Source: Deinococcota bacterium
GTDB taxonomy: Bacteria; Deinococcota; Deinococci; Deinococcales; Thermaceae
Assembly: GCA_041695225.1 (NCBI GenBank)
Contig: JBGFRI010000037.1
Span: 1-64,000 of the forward strand
Length of the DNA: 64,000 nt
Direction of reading: 5' to 3'
Of the stretch, positions 21,615 to 32,070 are shown piece after piece; position 1 is the first letter of the stretch, and each line of letters starts with the position of its first letter. A model generated the notes under the pieces. It was not told where the DNA came from. It saw nothing but the letters and a program-made list of their open reading frames with translations, and did not search any database. The translations under genes were made by a program, and so were the position numbers.

Positions 21615-22514
21615 TTATGCTAGTAAAGATGGTTGAATAGCGGTTTCACGCAATTGGGCCTGAACCTCAGTCTTAGGTTGATAATTTACAAATCGAACAT
21701 TTGGGACGTGATCAAAACGTCTTGCCATCACTTCAAGTGCTTCAACGTTTTGATCTACAAGTATAAATTGACGACCGAGTAAATGTGCTGCCTCACCAAC
21801 AGTTCCACTACCCGCAAAGAAATCAAGAACTACATCACCTGGTCGGGATGAAGCCGCAATAATCCGTTTGATGATACCTAGTGGCTTCTGCGTTGGATAG
21901 CCAGTTTTTTCTTTACCGTTCGGACTCACAATTGTATGCCACCAAGTATCAGTTGGAGTTTTCCCTCTCGCCGCTTTTTCAGGTCCGACTAATCCAGGCG
22001 CAAGGTATGGAATACGCTCAATATCATCATAATTGAAGACATAATCCTCTGGATTTTTAACGTAAACTAAAATATTGTCGTGCTTCGGAGGCCACTTTTT
22101 CTTAGTTCTTGCTCCGTAATCATATGCCCAGATTATTTCATTAAGAAAACACTCTCGACCAAAGATCTGGTCAAGCAATATTTTGCAATAATGCACTTCT
22201 CGATAATCAATATGGAAGTAGATCGTTCCATTACCAGTCAGAACTCGATACGCTTCTTCGAGGCGAGGCGCTAAAAATGCGAGGTAATCATCGAAAAAAT
22301 CTGTATAAGCTTTTGAGCCTAACTTGACTGTTTTGTAGCGCTGCCCCTTGAACCCTGTTCGATCGCCATCATCATCTCGTACTGTTTGTAGCCGTAGGCG
22401 GCTTTGAGTCTTACCTGTATTGAAGGGTGGGTCAATATAGATCAATGGAATCGAACTAGAAGGAATAGTTTGAAGTATGGGCAGGTTGTCTCCGAAGTAA
22501 ACATAATTATCCAT
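21615..22514 (-). CDS. N6/N4 DNA methyltransferase (beta class)
   Basis: IYIDPPF precedes YPTQKP and LDFFAGSGT. Confidence 0.92.
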   Translation of the reverse strand: MDNYVYFGDNLPILQTIPSSSIPLIYIDPPFNTGKTQSRLRLQTVRDDDGDRTGFKGQRYKTVKLGSKAYTDFFDDYLAFLAPRLEEAYRVLTGNGTIYFHIDYREVHYCKILLDQIFGRECFLNEIIWAYDYGARTKKKWPPKHDNILVYVKNPEDYVFNYDDIERIPYLAPGLVGPEKAARGKTPTDTWWHTIVSPNGKEKTGYPTQKPLGIIKRIIAASSRPGDVVLDFFAGSGTVGEAAHLLGRQFILVDQNVEALEVMARRFDHVPNVRFVNYQPKTEVQAQLRETAIQPSLLA

Positions 22515-22552
22515 TCGAGCTTCCTCTTCACCAATCCATAGCGTTAGGCATA

Positions 22553-22603
22553 ACTCTATACTAAGAGCATGTATAGAGTATTTGCTTAGGGAAGCCTTGT
22601 CAA
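22553..22603 (-). promoter_or_regulatory. Cassette-internal promoter with inverted repeat
   Basis: TTGACA (22603-22598), 17 bp, TACTCT (22580-22575); inverted repeat ACTCTATAC / GTATAGAGT (22553-22579). Confidence 0.65.
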
Positions 22604-22619
22604 ATCATGGATTTAGAAC

Positions 22620-22700
22620 AGCAGCGAACTAGTGATTTAGTGATACTCTGCCGAATAACGCCCCATTTTTGGGATGTTATATGACCTGTCGAATCCACCC
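22620..22700 (-). mobile_element. attI-like site, copy C
   Basis: AAC-TAGT...ATAAC...GGGATGTTAT aligns with 60238-60290; cassette start GTTCGCTGCT complements the attC left end at 20791-20800. Confidence 0.7.
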
Positions 22701-22735
22701 AGTAACCAGAAACTGTACTCACCCCAAACATCCTC

Positions 22736-22900
22736 TTCCTCAACAAGGTTCACAATGCCCTTCATGTAAAAAGCCGCCGAACAGGAACCTCGAGCGTTTT
22801 TGTCATTTTAGTTTCCGTTGGCCTTCATGGCAAGGCCGCTAGAAGTATGGTCAGCCCGAAAAGCAGCAGGGAAGAGCTGCGCATGGCCAGTACCCACCGC
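22736..22900 (+). pseudogene. intI: Decayed integron integrase 5' fragment (copy C)
   Basis: In-frame FLNKVHNALHVKSRRT...LHGK...ASTHRS resembles the IntI N-terminus (...HYSLRTE...FHG...STHRQ). Confidence 0.55.
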
Positions 22901-22989
22901 AGTAAGCACAGTTCACAGCGCCGCTCGGTTTGTCACGACCACTGGCCCAAGCGTAGACTGGGTTATGGACGGGGTGACGGAGTGACCGA

Positions 22990-23050
22990 AGCTTGTCCTG
23001 AGCCTTGCCCTGAGCCCGTCGAAGGAGCCTGCCCTGAGCCTGTCGAAGGG
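22990..23050. repeat. CCTGAGCC(T/C)GTCGAAGG repeat cluster
   Basis: Three or four tandem degenerate units; same family at about 29660-29760. Confidence 0.65.
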
Positions 23051-23078
23051 GCATTAGAAGGGACGGGGATGATTATCT

Positions 23079-24218
23079 ATGTTGTTTGAACGCGCCCAGC
23101 TCGAGGCCCAGGAGGCTCAGAATCTGGCTCCCTACGCGGTAAAGTCGGGCCAGAGCCGGGGCCGCCAACACCCCGAGGCCGAGTCGCGCTTCCGCACTCC
23201 TTTTCAGAAAGACCGAGACCGGGTTAACCACACCACCGCTTTCCGGCGGCTGCAGTACAAGACCCAGGTCTTTGTGAACTACGAGGGTGACTACTACCGC
23301 ACGCGGCTGACCCACACCCTCGAGGTAGCCCAGGTCGCCCGTTCCATCGCCCGGGCGCTGGGACTAAACCAGGAACTTGCAGAAACCATTGCCTTTGCCC
23401 ACGACCTGGGCCACCCGCCCTTTGGGCATTCGGGCGAGGCAGTTTTGGACAACCTGATGCAGGCGCATGGCGGCTTCGATCACAACAAGCAGTCCATGCG
23501 CATCGTGACCTACCTCGAGCAGCGTTACCCCGGCTTCCGTGGCCTAAACCTGTGCTGGGAGACCCGCGAGGGCATTGTCAAACACGAGACCCGCTACGAC
23601 CTGCCCGATGCCGAGGGCTACGAACGCCACCTGCGCCCCAGCCTCGAGGCCCAGATCGTCAACCTGGCCGACGAGATCGCCTACAACGCCCACGACCTCG
23701 ACGACGGCCTGCGAGCGGGGCTGCTGGTGCCGGGCCAGTTGTGGGAAGTAGAACTACTGCGGGAGTTGCTGTGCGAGTTGGAACTGCGGCCCGATAACTT
23801 CGACGAGATGGGCCGCCGGGTCCTGATTCGCGAGCTGCTGGGGCTGATCATCACCGATACCATCACCGCCACCCACGGGCTACTGGAGCAGCACCGGATA
23901 GGTAGCCTCGAGGCCATTCGAAGCCACCCGGCTCCTCTGGCCGTTTACTCCGGTCCACTGACCCGGCAGCTAAACGAACTGAGAGAGTTTTTGTACGCCA
24001 GCCTCTACCGCCACTACTATGTGGTGCGGCAGGTAGGCAAGTCGCGCCTGGTGCTGGAAAAGCTCTTCGAAGCCTACACCCACGACCCCCACATCCTGCC
24101 CCCCCAGGTACAAAAAGCCACCGAGACCGAGGGCATTTACCGGGCGGCCTGCGACTATATCGCTGGTATGACCGACCGTTTTGCCCTGGACGAGTACGCC
24201 CGCCTTTTCGAGCCGTAG
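23079..24218 (+). CDS. dgt: Deoxyguanosinetriphosphate triphosphohydrolase
   Basis: FRRLQYKTQVF, RTRLTHTLEV, HDLGHPPFGHSGE and DYIAGMTD. Confidence 0.93.
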   Translation: MLFERAQLEAQEAQNLAPYAVKSGQSRGRQHPEAESRFRTPFQKDRDRVNHTTAFRRLQYKTQVFVNYEGDYYRTRLTHTLEVAQVARSIARALGLNQELAETIAFAHDLGHPPFGHSGEAVLDNLMQAHGGFDHNKQSMRIVTYLEQRYPGFRGLNLCWETREGIVKHETRYDLPDAEGYERHLRPSLEAQIVNLADEIAYNAHDLDDGLRAGLLVPGQLWEVELLRELLCELELRPDNFDEMGRRVLIRELLGLIITDTITATHGLLEQHRIGSLEAIRSHPAPLAVYSGPLTRQLNELREFLYASLYRHYYVVRQVGKSRLVLEKLFEAYTHDPHILPPQVQKATETEGIYRAACDYIAGMTDRFALDEYARLFEP

Positions 24219-24278
24219 TTCCAGTGTCCGGGTGCGGGGTTTTGCACAACCCGCAGACTGAACCATGCGGAAGTTACC

Positions 24279-25511
24279 CTAAGGACCCTGTTTGAACAGC
24301 AAGGTGGCGTTCATGCCCCCAAAAGCAAAGGAGTTGGACAGGGCATAGGCTACCTGCTTCTCCCTGGGGGTGTTGGGCACATAGTCGAGGTCAAGCTCGG
24401 GGTCGGGGTCGTCCAGATTGATGGTAGGGGGCAAGAAACCCGAGGTAAGTGTCTGAATACTGGCAATGGCTTCGATGGCTCCGGCAGCCCCCAGTAAGTG
24501 CCCGACCATGCTCTTGGTGGACGATACCGAGAGGTTGTAGGCATGCTGGCCAAAGACTTTCTTGATGGCCAGGGTCTCGGCCTTGTCGCCTACCGGGGTC
24601 GAGGTGCCGTGGGCATTGATGTAGCCCACCTGCTCTGGGTTAATCCTGGCGTCTTTGAGGGCGGCCTGCATAGCCAGGGCCGCGCCCAGCCCCTCCGGGT
24701 GGGGCTCGGTAATGTGGTGGGCATCGGCGCTGCGACCAAATCCCACCAGCTCGGCATGAATTCTGGCACCCCTGGCCTTTGCCCGCCCGTACTCTTCCAG
24801 CACCAGCACCGCTGCGCCTTCCGATAGCACAAAGCCATCGCGGCTTCTGGTAAAGGGGCGGCTGGCTTTTTGTGGTTCGTGGTTGCGGGTCGAGAGGGCC
24901 CGCATTACCCCAAAGCTACCGATGCCCATCTCGGTCACCGACGCTTCGGTTCCGCCGGTCAGCATCACATCGGCCTCGCCCAGTTGAACTGCCCGAAATG
25001 CATTGCCAATGGCATCCGAGCCCGTAGCACAGGCCGTTACCACGGTGGAAGACGGCCCCATAAAGCCATACTTCATAGCCAGGTGGCCCGAGGCCATGTT
25101 GGCAATCATCATGGGGATAAAGAAAGGCGAGAGGCGAGTGCCACCCTTTTCGAAGAGAATTTTGCTCTGCTCCTGCCAGGTGATCATGCCTCCGATGCCC
25201 GTTCCGATAAGGGTCCCGATACGGGTACGGTCTTCTTTTTCGACCTCCAGCCCTGCGTCCGCCAAAGCCAGGTGCCCGGCTACCAGGGCCAGCTGGGTAA
25301 AGCGGTCCAGGCGGCGCAGTTCACGCTTTTCGATGTACTCTTCAAAGTTAATGTCCACCTCGCCAGCAATCTGGACGGGGTAGCTCGAGGCATCGAACTG
25401 GGTGATCCGCCGGATGCCCGATCGGCCCTCGAGCTGGGCTTTGTGGAAGGCCTGGGCCCCAATGCCATTGGGGGCTACCGGGCCAAGGCCAGTGACTACG
25501 ACACGTCGCAT
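24279..25511 (-). CDS. fabF: 3-oxoacyl-ACP synthase II
   Basis: TACATG, NAHGTST, KSMVGHLLGAAG and NSFAFGG. Confidence 0.95.
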   Translation of the reverse strand: MRRVVVTGLGPVAPNGIGAQAFHKAQLEGRSGIRRITQFDASSYPVQIAGEVDINFEEYIEKRELRRLDRFTQLALVAGHLALADAGLEVEKEDRTRIGTLIGTGIGGMITWQEQSKILFEKGGTRLSPFFIPMMIANMASGHLAMKYGFMGPSSTVVTACATGSDAIGNAFRAVQLGEADVMLTGGTEASVTEMGIGSFGVMRALSTRNHEPQKASRPFTRSRDGFVLSEGAAVLVLEEYGRAKARGARIHAELVGFGRSADAHHITEPHPEGLGAALAMQAALKDARINPEQVGYINAHGTSTPVGDKAETLAIKKVFGQHAYNLSVSSTKSMVGHLLGAAGAIEAIASIQTLTSGFLPPTINLDDPDPELDLDYVPNTPREKQVAYALSNSFAFGGMNATLLFKQGP

Positions 25512-25776
25512 GAAAGTTATTATAGAGCACTATCTGCCCCGACTGGAATTATCTTCAAATTCCGGGTGATTCCCGGTATGCTGCACTTTTCCGCTAAGTG
25601 GTTTGGTAATCGGGCTTTTTCCCATACTACCAGGAAAAGCCGCAGGCTTTGCCCCCATCTGCAGGCTCGGGGCAAGCGCGAAAGGGTTAAGCGCGGCCGC
25701 AGCCTCTAAAACTGATCTGGCTATCATTTACGCCCAGAACTCGCCTGTATAAGCCCCGCCAGAAAGCCCACCTGGG

Positions 25777-25805
25777 TTGACCTTTTGGGCCTCAGCATGT
25801 AGATT
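25777..25805 (+). promoter_or_regulatory. Promoter of rpmF-fabH
   Basis: TTGACC, 17 bp, TAGATT. Confidence 0.6.
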
Positions 25806-25872
25806 GGAGAGCGGTTTGCCGAAAGCAACCTCTGCCCTGGGGTTGTTTTTTACAAAAGGAAGTGACCTGCCT

Positions 25873-26064
25873 ATGGCCAAGCACCCAGTACCCAAGAAGA
25901 AGGTTTCCAAGTCCCGCCGGGACATTCGTCGGGCTGCGGTATCTACCCTCACCGCTCCCACCCTGATCAAATGCGCCAACTGTGGCGCTTTCATTCCCCC
26001 ACATGCCGTCTGCGATAGCTGCGGCTACTATGCCGGAAAAAAGGTGCTGGAAGTTACGGCTTGA
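25873..26064 (+). CDS. rpmF: 50S ribosomal protein L32
   Basis: MAKHPVPKKKVSKSRRD; two CxxC pairs. Confidence 0.95.
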   Translation: MAKHPVPKKKVSKSRRDIRRAAVSTLTAPTLIKCANCGAFIPPHAVCDSCGYYAGKKVLEVTA

Positions 26065-26257
26065 TTCGGCGCAGCTCAAAAACCCCCTACAGGCTTCAGC
26101 CAGGCTTACTGGCTGGAGCGATTTTTACACCCGGCGTTTCCCAAGCCGCGGGCGGGCATATATACTCGGTAGAAGCTCTGCTCCGGCGGGAAGATGCGCC
26201 AGGCTGTTATCTTGGCCTGAGCGCCTTCGCCTCAGGGGGCCGTTTCAGGAGGTCACG

Positions 26258-27235
26258 TTGAATATCGGTATCCAAGCCCTTGGCGCCTATGCCCCAGAGC
26301 GGGTCATGACCAACCAGGAATTTGAAACGATTCTGGATACCACCGACGAGTGGATTGTGAGTCGCACCGGAATCCGCGAACGCAGAATAGCCGCCAAAGA
26401 TGAGTTTGCCTCGAGCCTGGCTTTCAAGGCTGTCGAAGACCTCATCCGCAGACATGGCCAGGCTGCTCTGGACGAGGTGGATCTGGTGATTGTAGCCACC
26501 AACACCCCCGATGCCTTGTTTCCCGCCACGGCGGCCCTGGTACAGGATCGGTTTGGCCTGAAGGCCGGCGCCTACGACCTGCTGGCTGGCTGCCCTGGCT
26601 GGGGCTATGCCATTGCCCAGGCCCATGCCATGGTGCACAGCGGCCTGTCTCGCAAGGTGCTCACCATAGGGTCGGAGACCCTCTCTAAAATCCTCGACTT
26701 TACCGATCGCTCTACCGCGGTCTTGTTTGGCGATGGGGCGGGGGCTGCGGTAATTGGGCCCGTGCCCCAGGGTTATGGTTTCCGCTCGTTTGTGCTGGGG
26801 GCCGATGGCTCGGGCGGCAAGGAGTTAATCCTGCGCTGCCTGGCCGACAAACTGCCCGATGGTAGCCCAATTCCCGAGACCCCCTTCATGAACGGGCGCG
26901 AGGTCTTCAAGTTTGCGGTGCGGGTGATGAACACCGCGACCCTCGAGGCCATCGAAAAAGCTGGCCTCCGGCCCGAAGACATCAAGTACCTGATTCCCCA
27001 CCAGGCCAACGCCCGGATCATCGAGGCCGCCCGCGAACGCCTGCAACTCCCCCCCGAGCAGGTCTGGGTCAACGTAGACCGCTACGGCAACACCTCCACT
27101 GCCTCGATGCCCATTGCCTTGCAAGAAGCCCTGGATGCCGGCAAAATCCACGATGGCGACCATGTTCTGTTTGTCACTTTTGGCGCCGGGCTAACCTGGG
27201 CGGCCAGTGTGATGACCTGGTGGCAGCCAGTGTGA
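26258..27235 (+). CDS. fabH: 3-oxoacyl-ACP synthase III
   Basis: TGIRERRIA, AGC, FGDGAGA, PHQANARI and GNTSTAS; TTG start after AGGAGG. Confidence 0.94.
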   Translation: MNIGIQALGAYAPERVMTNQEFETILDTTDEWIVSRTGIRERRIAAKDEFASSLAFKAVEDLIRRHGQAALDEVDLVIVATNTPDALFPATAALVQDRFGLKAGAYDLLAGCPGWGYAIAQAHAMVHSGLSRKVLTIGSETLSKILDFTDRSTAVLFGDGAGAAVIGPVPQGYGFRSFVLGADGSGGKELILRCLADKLPDGSPIPETPFMNGREVFKFAVRVMNTATLEAIEKAGLRPEDIKYLIPHQANARIIEAARERLQLPPEQVWVNVDRYGNTSTASMPIALQEALDAGKIHDGDHVLFVTFGAGLTWAASVMTWWQPV

Positions 27236-27648
27236 AAATACGTCTATAGTCGATAGTCGATGGCCAATAGCTAATAGCCGATAGCTTTTGACCTTGACCT
27301 TTGACCTTAGACCTTTGACATTTTTACCGGGCCTGCCCTGTGCCTAGCCCTGAGATTCTATGGTGCAGGTCAAGTAGAAGTGAACCTTGCCATCTCACAC
27401 GGCCGGTAGTATTTCAGCAAGACTTGGCTTTGCATCATCTGCTTTAGGCGGTTGGCGAACTTTGGGGTTTCAAGTAGCGGGGCGGGACAATGTTATAGTG
27501 ATTCCGTGGCAAATTTAGCCCTAAAAAACAGCAAAGAGGCAACCCTGCCTGTGCTGCCGGCCGGGCTGAAGGTTGACACAAAAGCCAAACTACCGCACTA
27601 AAATAGCCATTTGAGGAAACGAATACCTAGCGTTTGAGGAGGCAACCC

Positions 27649-29483
27649 ATGATCAACGTTCCGCTGATTCCGCTCGAGGTGCTGTTCGGGAATCCCGAGA
27701 AAATGAGCCCCCAGATCTCCCCGGATGGCTCGCGCATGGCCTACATTGCCCCGGACGAAGGCGTGCTCAACGTCTGGGTGGGGACCACCGGACAGGACGA
27801 CTACCGTCCGGTGACAAAGGACCGCGACCGTGGGGTCCGGTTCTTCCTGTGGGCGCACGACAACCGTCATCTGCTCTACATCCAGGACCAGGGAGGCGAC
27901 GAGAACTGGCGCGTGTACACGGTTGACCTCAACACTGGCGACGTTGTCGACCGCACTCCGTTCGAGGGCGTGCAGGCACGCATCCAGGCGCACTCCAAGC
28001 ACTTCCCGCACGAGGTGCTGATCGGGCTCAACAAGGATAACCCTCAACTGCACGACGTGTGGCACCTCGACCTGCGCACGGGCGAGTTCAACAAGCGCTT
28101 TTCGAACCCCGGCTTCGTTGGCCTCGACGCTGACCACCAGTTGCAGGTGCGCGCGGCGATTTCGATTCGTCCGGATGGGGGCCAGGACGTACTGGTGCGC
28201 GAGACCGAGGACGCCGAGTGGCGCAAGGTCATCTCCTTCGACCCGGAAGATGCGCTCTTCTCGCGCGTGGCCGGCTTCAGTGGCGACGGGCGGGGCCTGT
28301 TCCTGATCAGCTCGAAGGACGCCAACACCGCCCGACTGGTTAGGTTCGACATCACCAACGGTGAGTCGGTGGTGCTGGCCGAGGATCCCGACTACGATGT
28401 GTCTAACGTAGTGTTTCATCCCGACACCCACGAGCCGCTCTGGGCCACGGTGGTAAAAGAGCGGGTTCATCACATGGTGCTCGATCCGCCGGTGGCGGGC
28501 GACCTGGCGTCTCTTGCCACGGTCCAGCAGGGCGACTTCGAGATCATTGGGCGCGACCACTCCGACCGCACCTGGCTGGCTGCCTACACCACCGACGACG
28601 GCCCGGTGTCGTATTACAGCTTCGACCGCGAGACCAAGGCGGCCACCTTCCTGTTCGACCACCGGACGGTGCTCCGGCAGTACACCCTGGCAAAGATGGA
28701 GCCGTTTAGCTTTATCTCCCGTGACGGGCTCGCCATCCACGGCTACCTCAGCTTCCGCCCGGCCTCGAGCGCAGAAACCTTCCAACAGTGCTGAACGTGC
28801 ACGGCGGGCCGTGGGCGCGTGACGAATGGGGCTTCCACCCCTGGGCCCAGTTTTTTGCCAACCGCGGCTACCTGTGTGTGCAGGTCAACTTCAGGGGGTC
28901 CATTGGTTACGGCAAGAACTTCCTCAACGCTGGCGACCGCGAGTGGGGCGCCAGGATGCACGACGACCTGATTGACGCCGTGGAGTATGTGGTGGCTCAG
29001 GGCTGGGCCGACCGGCAGCGGATCGCAATTTTCGGAGGCTCGTACGGCGGTTACGCGGCACTGGTGGGTGTGACCTTTACCCCAGACGTGTTCGCGTGCG
29101 CCGTGGACATCGTGGGGCCCTCGAACCTCAAGACATTCATCGAGACCGTCCCGCCTTACTGGCAGCCGGCCATTGCCTTATTACATACACGCATCGGCAA
29201 CCCACAGACCGAGGAGGACTTCCTCTGGTCGCGTTCGCCGCTCTCCAGGGTCGACCAGATCAAGATTCCGCTGCTGATTGTGCATGGCGCCAACGACCCG
29301 CGCGTGAAGCAGGCCGAGTCGGAGCAGATCGTGGCCGCCATGAAGCAGAAGGGTATTGACCACGAGTACATGCTCTTCCCCGATGAGGGCCACGGCTTTG
29401 ACAAGCCCGAGAACAGGCTGAAGTTCTACGCCGCGGCCGAGAAGTTCCTGGCGAAGCATCTGGGCGGTAGGGCCACCACCTAG
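27649..29483 (+). pseudogene. S9 family (prolyl oligopeptidase/acylaminoacyl) peptidase, frameshifted
   Basis: Propeller part 27649-28755 and catalytic part (VHGGPW, GGSYGG, GANDPRV, DEGHGF) in different frames; adding one C at ~28756 gives GYLSFPPGLERRNLPTVLNVHGGPW. Confidence 0.85.
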
Positions 29484-29545
29484 TCCGAAGTTGCCCCAAA
29501 CGTCACGCGTGGCGCCACATCGTCGTCGAAATTGTACGTTCCTGT

Positions 29546-29760
29546 CGTCATTGCGAGGAGGCCCTAGGGCCGACGAAGCAATCCAGGACCGGGTCGTAAG
29601 CCCGTTAGCTGCTGGGGTGATCTGGATTGCTTCCCGCTTTGGCTAAGCCTCAGGCCCAGTCCTGAGCCTGCCGGGGACTGTCGAGGGCTCAGCGGTGTAG
29701 TGTGCCCTGAGGCACAAAGGAGCCTGCCCTAAGTCTTGCCCTGAGCGTAGTCGAAGGGTT
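29546..29760. repeat. REP-like palindrome plus CCTGAGC...GTCGAAGG repeats
   Basis: CGTCATTGCGAGGAGGCC...GACGAAGCAATCCAG...CTGGATTGCTTC, as at 3005-3260. Confidence 0.7.
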
Positions 29761-29897
29761 ATGGCAGGTTCAGCATGATGGCGGCTTTGTAGGCTGATTG
29801 GACAAGCGTTTACGCCCAAAACAAACTTGCTCTGGTTCCGAGCAGAAGCTGACCTTACAGTCAGCCAGGGCCCTTTTTGTGCTATATTTCGCAGTGT

Positions 29898-31382
29898 ATG
29901 GAACTTACAGTCAAGTCTGCACGGCGCTCTGTTGACGAGATTCCCGCACCGCTGGCGGTGGTGGGTGTCTGGGGCGGTGAGCTGAGTGAAGAGGGACAGA
30001 GGCTCGACAAAAAATACCGCCAGGTGCTATCCCGGATGATCAAGGAGCTACATTTCAAGGGCGAGTTTGCCGAGTCTATGCTGGTTCCGCTGGATACCCG
30101 TCGCCCTCAGGAAGAAAACCCTCGGTTTGCCCTGCTATTCGGCCTGGGCAAGAAGCGCGGGGTTAGCCTCGAGACCGTGCGAAAAGCGGGGGCAAAACTG
30201 GTGCAGGAGATTGCCCGGCTTGGCTTCAAAGAGGCGGTTAGCGAGACCTTCCTCTTCGACAAGTTTGGCAAACGCGAGGCCAGCTACGCACTGGCCGAGG
30301 GGGCTTTGTTGGGGGGATACACCTGGAATAAATACAAGACCAGCAGCCCTACCCGCAAACGCGGTGAAAAACTGCGCCTCTGGCTGGCCCGCTCGCTGGG
30401 GTCGGCCATAGATCGGGCCGAGATAGTAGCCCAGGCAGTCAATTATGCCCGTGAACTGGTCAACGAACCTCCCAATATTCTTACCCCCGCCGAGCTGGCC
30501 CGACGGGCTAGCGAGATGGCCCAGGAGCTTGGGCTAGGTGTGGAAATTTGGGACGAGGCCCAGATCAAACAGGCGGGTATGGGGGCTTTTTACGGGGTAG
30601 CCCAGGGTTCTGCCAACCCGCCCCGCTTCATCCAGCTAACCTACAAGCCTCAGGGCCCTGCCACCGGGGTAATTGCCTTTGTGGGCAAGGGGCTCACCTT
30701 TGATACCGGCGGCTACTCGCTCAAGCCCAACGAAAGCATGATTACCATGAAGTGCGATATGGCCGGGTCGGCGGCGGTGCTGGCTGCCATGCAGGCCATT
30801 GCCAGGTTACAACCCTCGGTAGAGGTGCGGGCCTACGTGGCGGCTGCCGAAAATATGATCTCCGGCGCGGCTTACCGGGTTTCTGATGTGCTCACCAGCC
30901 TGTCGGGCAAGACCATAGAAGTTCTCAACACCGACGCCGAGGGCCGCCTGACTCTGGCCGACGCTATCACCTATGCCGACCAGCAGGGTGCGGACTCCAT
31001 TGTAGAGCTGTCTACCCTGACCGGGGCCTGCGTGGTCGCGCTGGGAGACAAGATAGCCGGGCTTTTCAGCAACGATGCGCGATGGGGCCGCGAAGTGCAG
31101 GAAGCTGCCGAGCGGGCAGGGGAAAAAGTCTGGCCACTGCCAATGGAGGAAGACTACCTCGAGTCCCTCAAGTCCAGTACCGCCGACCTGAAAAACACCC
31201 ACGGGCGCAGCCGCCACGCCGGGGCCATCGCCGCCGCACTATTCTTGGGCGAGTTTACCCAAAAACCCCTGGTACACCTCGATATAGCCGGTCCGGCCTA
31301 CTCAGAAAAGAGCCACGACCTGGGACCGGCTGGCGGCACTGGTTTTGGGGTTCGGTCGCTGGTTGAACTGGTTGGAGTATAA
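29898..31382 (+). CDS. pepA: Leucyl aminopeptidase (M17)
   Basis: VGKGLTFDTGG, MKCDMAG, NTDAEGRL and HLDIAG. Confidence 0.94.
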   Translation: MELTVKSARRSVDEIPAPLAVVGVWGGELSEEGQRLDKKYRQVLSRMIKELHFKGEFAESMLVPLDTRRPQEENPRFALLFGLGKKRGVSLETVRKAGAKLVQEIARLGFKEAVSETFLFDKFGKREASYALAEGALLGGYTWNKYKTSSPTRKRGEKLRLWLARSLGSAIDRAEIVAQAVNYARELVNEPPNILTPAELARRASEMAQELGLGVEIWDEAQIKQAGMGAFYGVAQGSANPPRFIQLTYKPQGPATGVIAFVGKGLTFDTGGYSLKPNESMITMKCDMAGSAAVLAAMQAIARLQPSVEVRAYVAAAENMISGAAYRVSDVLTSLSGKTIEVLNTDAEGRLTLADAITYADQQGADSIVELSTLTGACVVALGDKIAGLFSNDARWGREVQEAAERAGEKVWPLPMEEDYLESLKSSTADLKNTHGRSRHAGAIAAALFLGEFTQKPLVHLDIAGPAYSEKSHDLGPAGGTGFGVRSLVELVGV

Positions 31383-31487
31383 ACCGCCACAAACCCTGTA
31401 ATAGTCCGGGGTGGCTCGCGCCACCCCGGGATTTCTACCACTGGATACGGTGCTGTTTCATACTGGAGGAGATTCAAAAGCCCAGCA

Positions 31488-31928
31488 TTACTGACACTGT
31501 GGACATACGCCACGAAGCTCGAGGCGTGCTTCCTCTACAAACCAGCCATACTGGGTCTCGACGGCCTGCCTGAGGGGGCCGGCATCGAACTCGGGCAGAT
31601 CCTTGAGCAGTATGTCTTCCACACTGCCGCACTGAAGACAGACAAGATGGTGATGCTGCTCGTTGAAGCCATCGTAGCGATTGTTACCTTTCTGGTCTTT
31701 TAGCTCCCACAACAGACCTGCATCGCGCAGTACCTGGAGGTTCAGGTAGACGGTGGAAAGGCCGATGCTGTAACCTTTTTTTCTCAGGCTGTGATACAAC
31801 TCCTCTGGAGTAGGGTGTGTGCTCTTGCGGTCGAGGTGGGCTAGTATCCGTTCCCTGGGCAGGGTATGGCGTAGTCCCGCCGCCTTTAGACGCGCTCTAT
31901 AGCTTTCACGCTCTTTGGTTTTTGCCAT
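31488..31928 (-). CDS. Fur-family transcriptional regulator
   Basis: HPTPEEL, STVYLNL, HHHLVCLQCG and C-terminal CPQC. Confidence 0.9.
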   Translation of the reverse strand: MAKTKERESYRARLKAAGLRHTLPRERILAHLDRKSTHPTPEELYHSLRKKGYSIGLSTVYLNLQVLRDAGLLWELKDQKGNNRYDGFNEQHHHLVCLQCGSVEDILLKDLPEFDAGPLRQAVETQYGWFVEEARLELRGVCPQCQ

Positions 31929-32070
31929 TGCCGGCCTCCTTGGGCGACTTTTACTATAAAACATGTGGGGCTGTCCCAGACTCAGAGCAGTCTGGAGACA
32001 CGATAGGCTGACGGAGCTGAAAGGAGAGGCAACCTCTTGTTGCCAGCTCACTACGCTTTTGCCAACTGCC

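Noticed and set aside
25520..25780. RNase P, tmRNA or SRP RNA between fabF and rpmF
   Set aside because: No conserved signature sequences found; only promoters and short hairpins
27598..28785. 395-aa minus-strand ORF (and similar long antisense ORFs elsewhere)
   Set aside because: Antisense shadow of GC3-rich real genes
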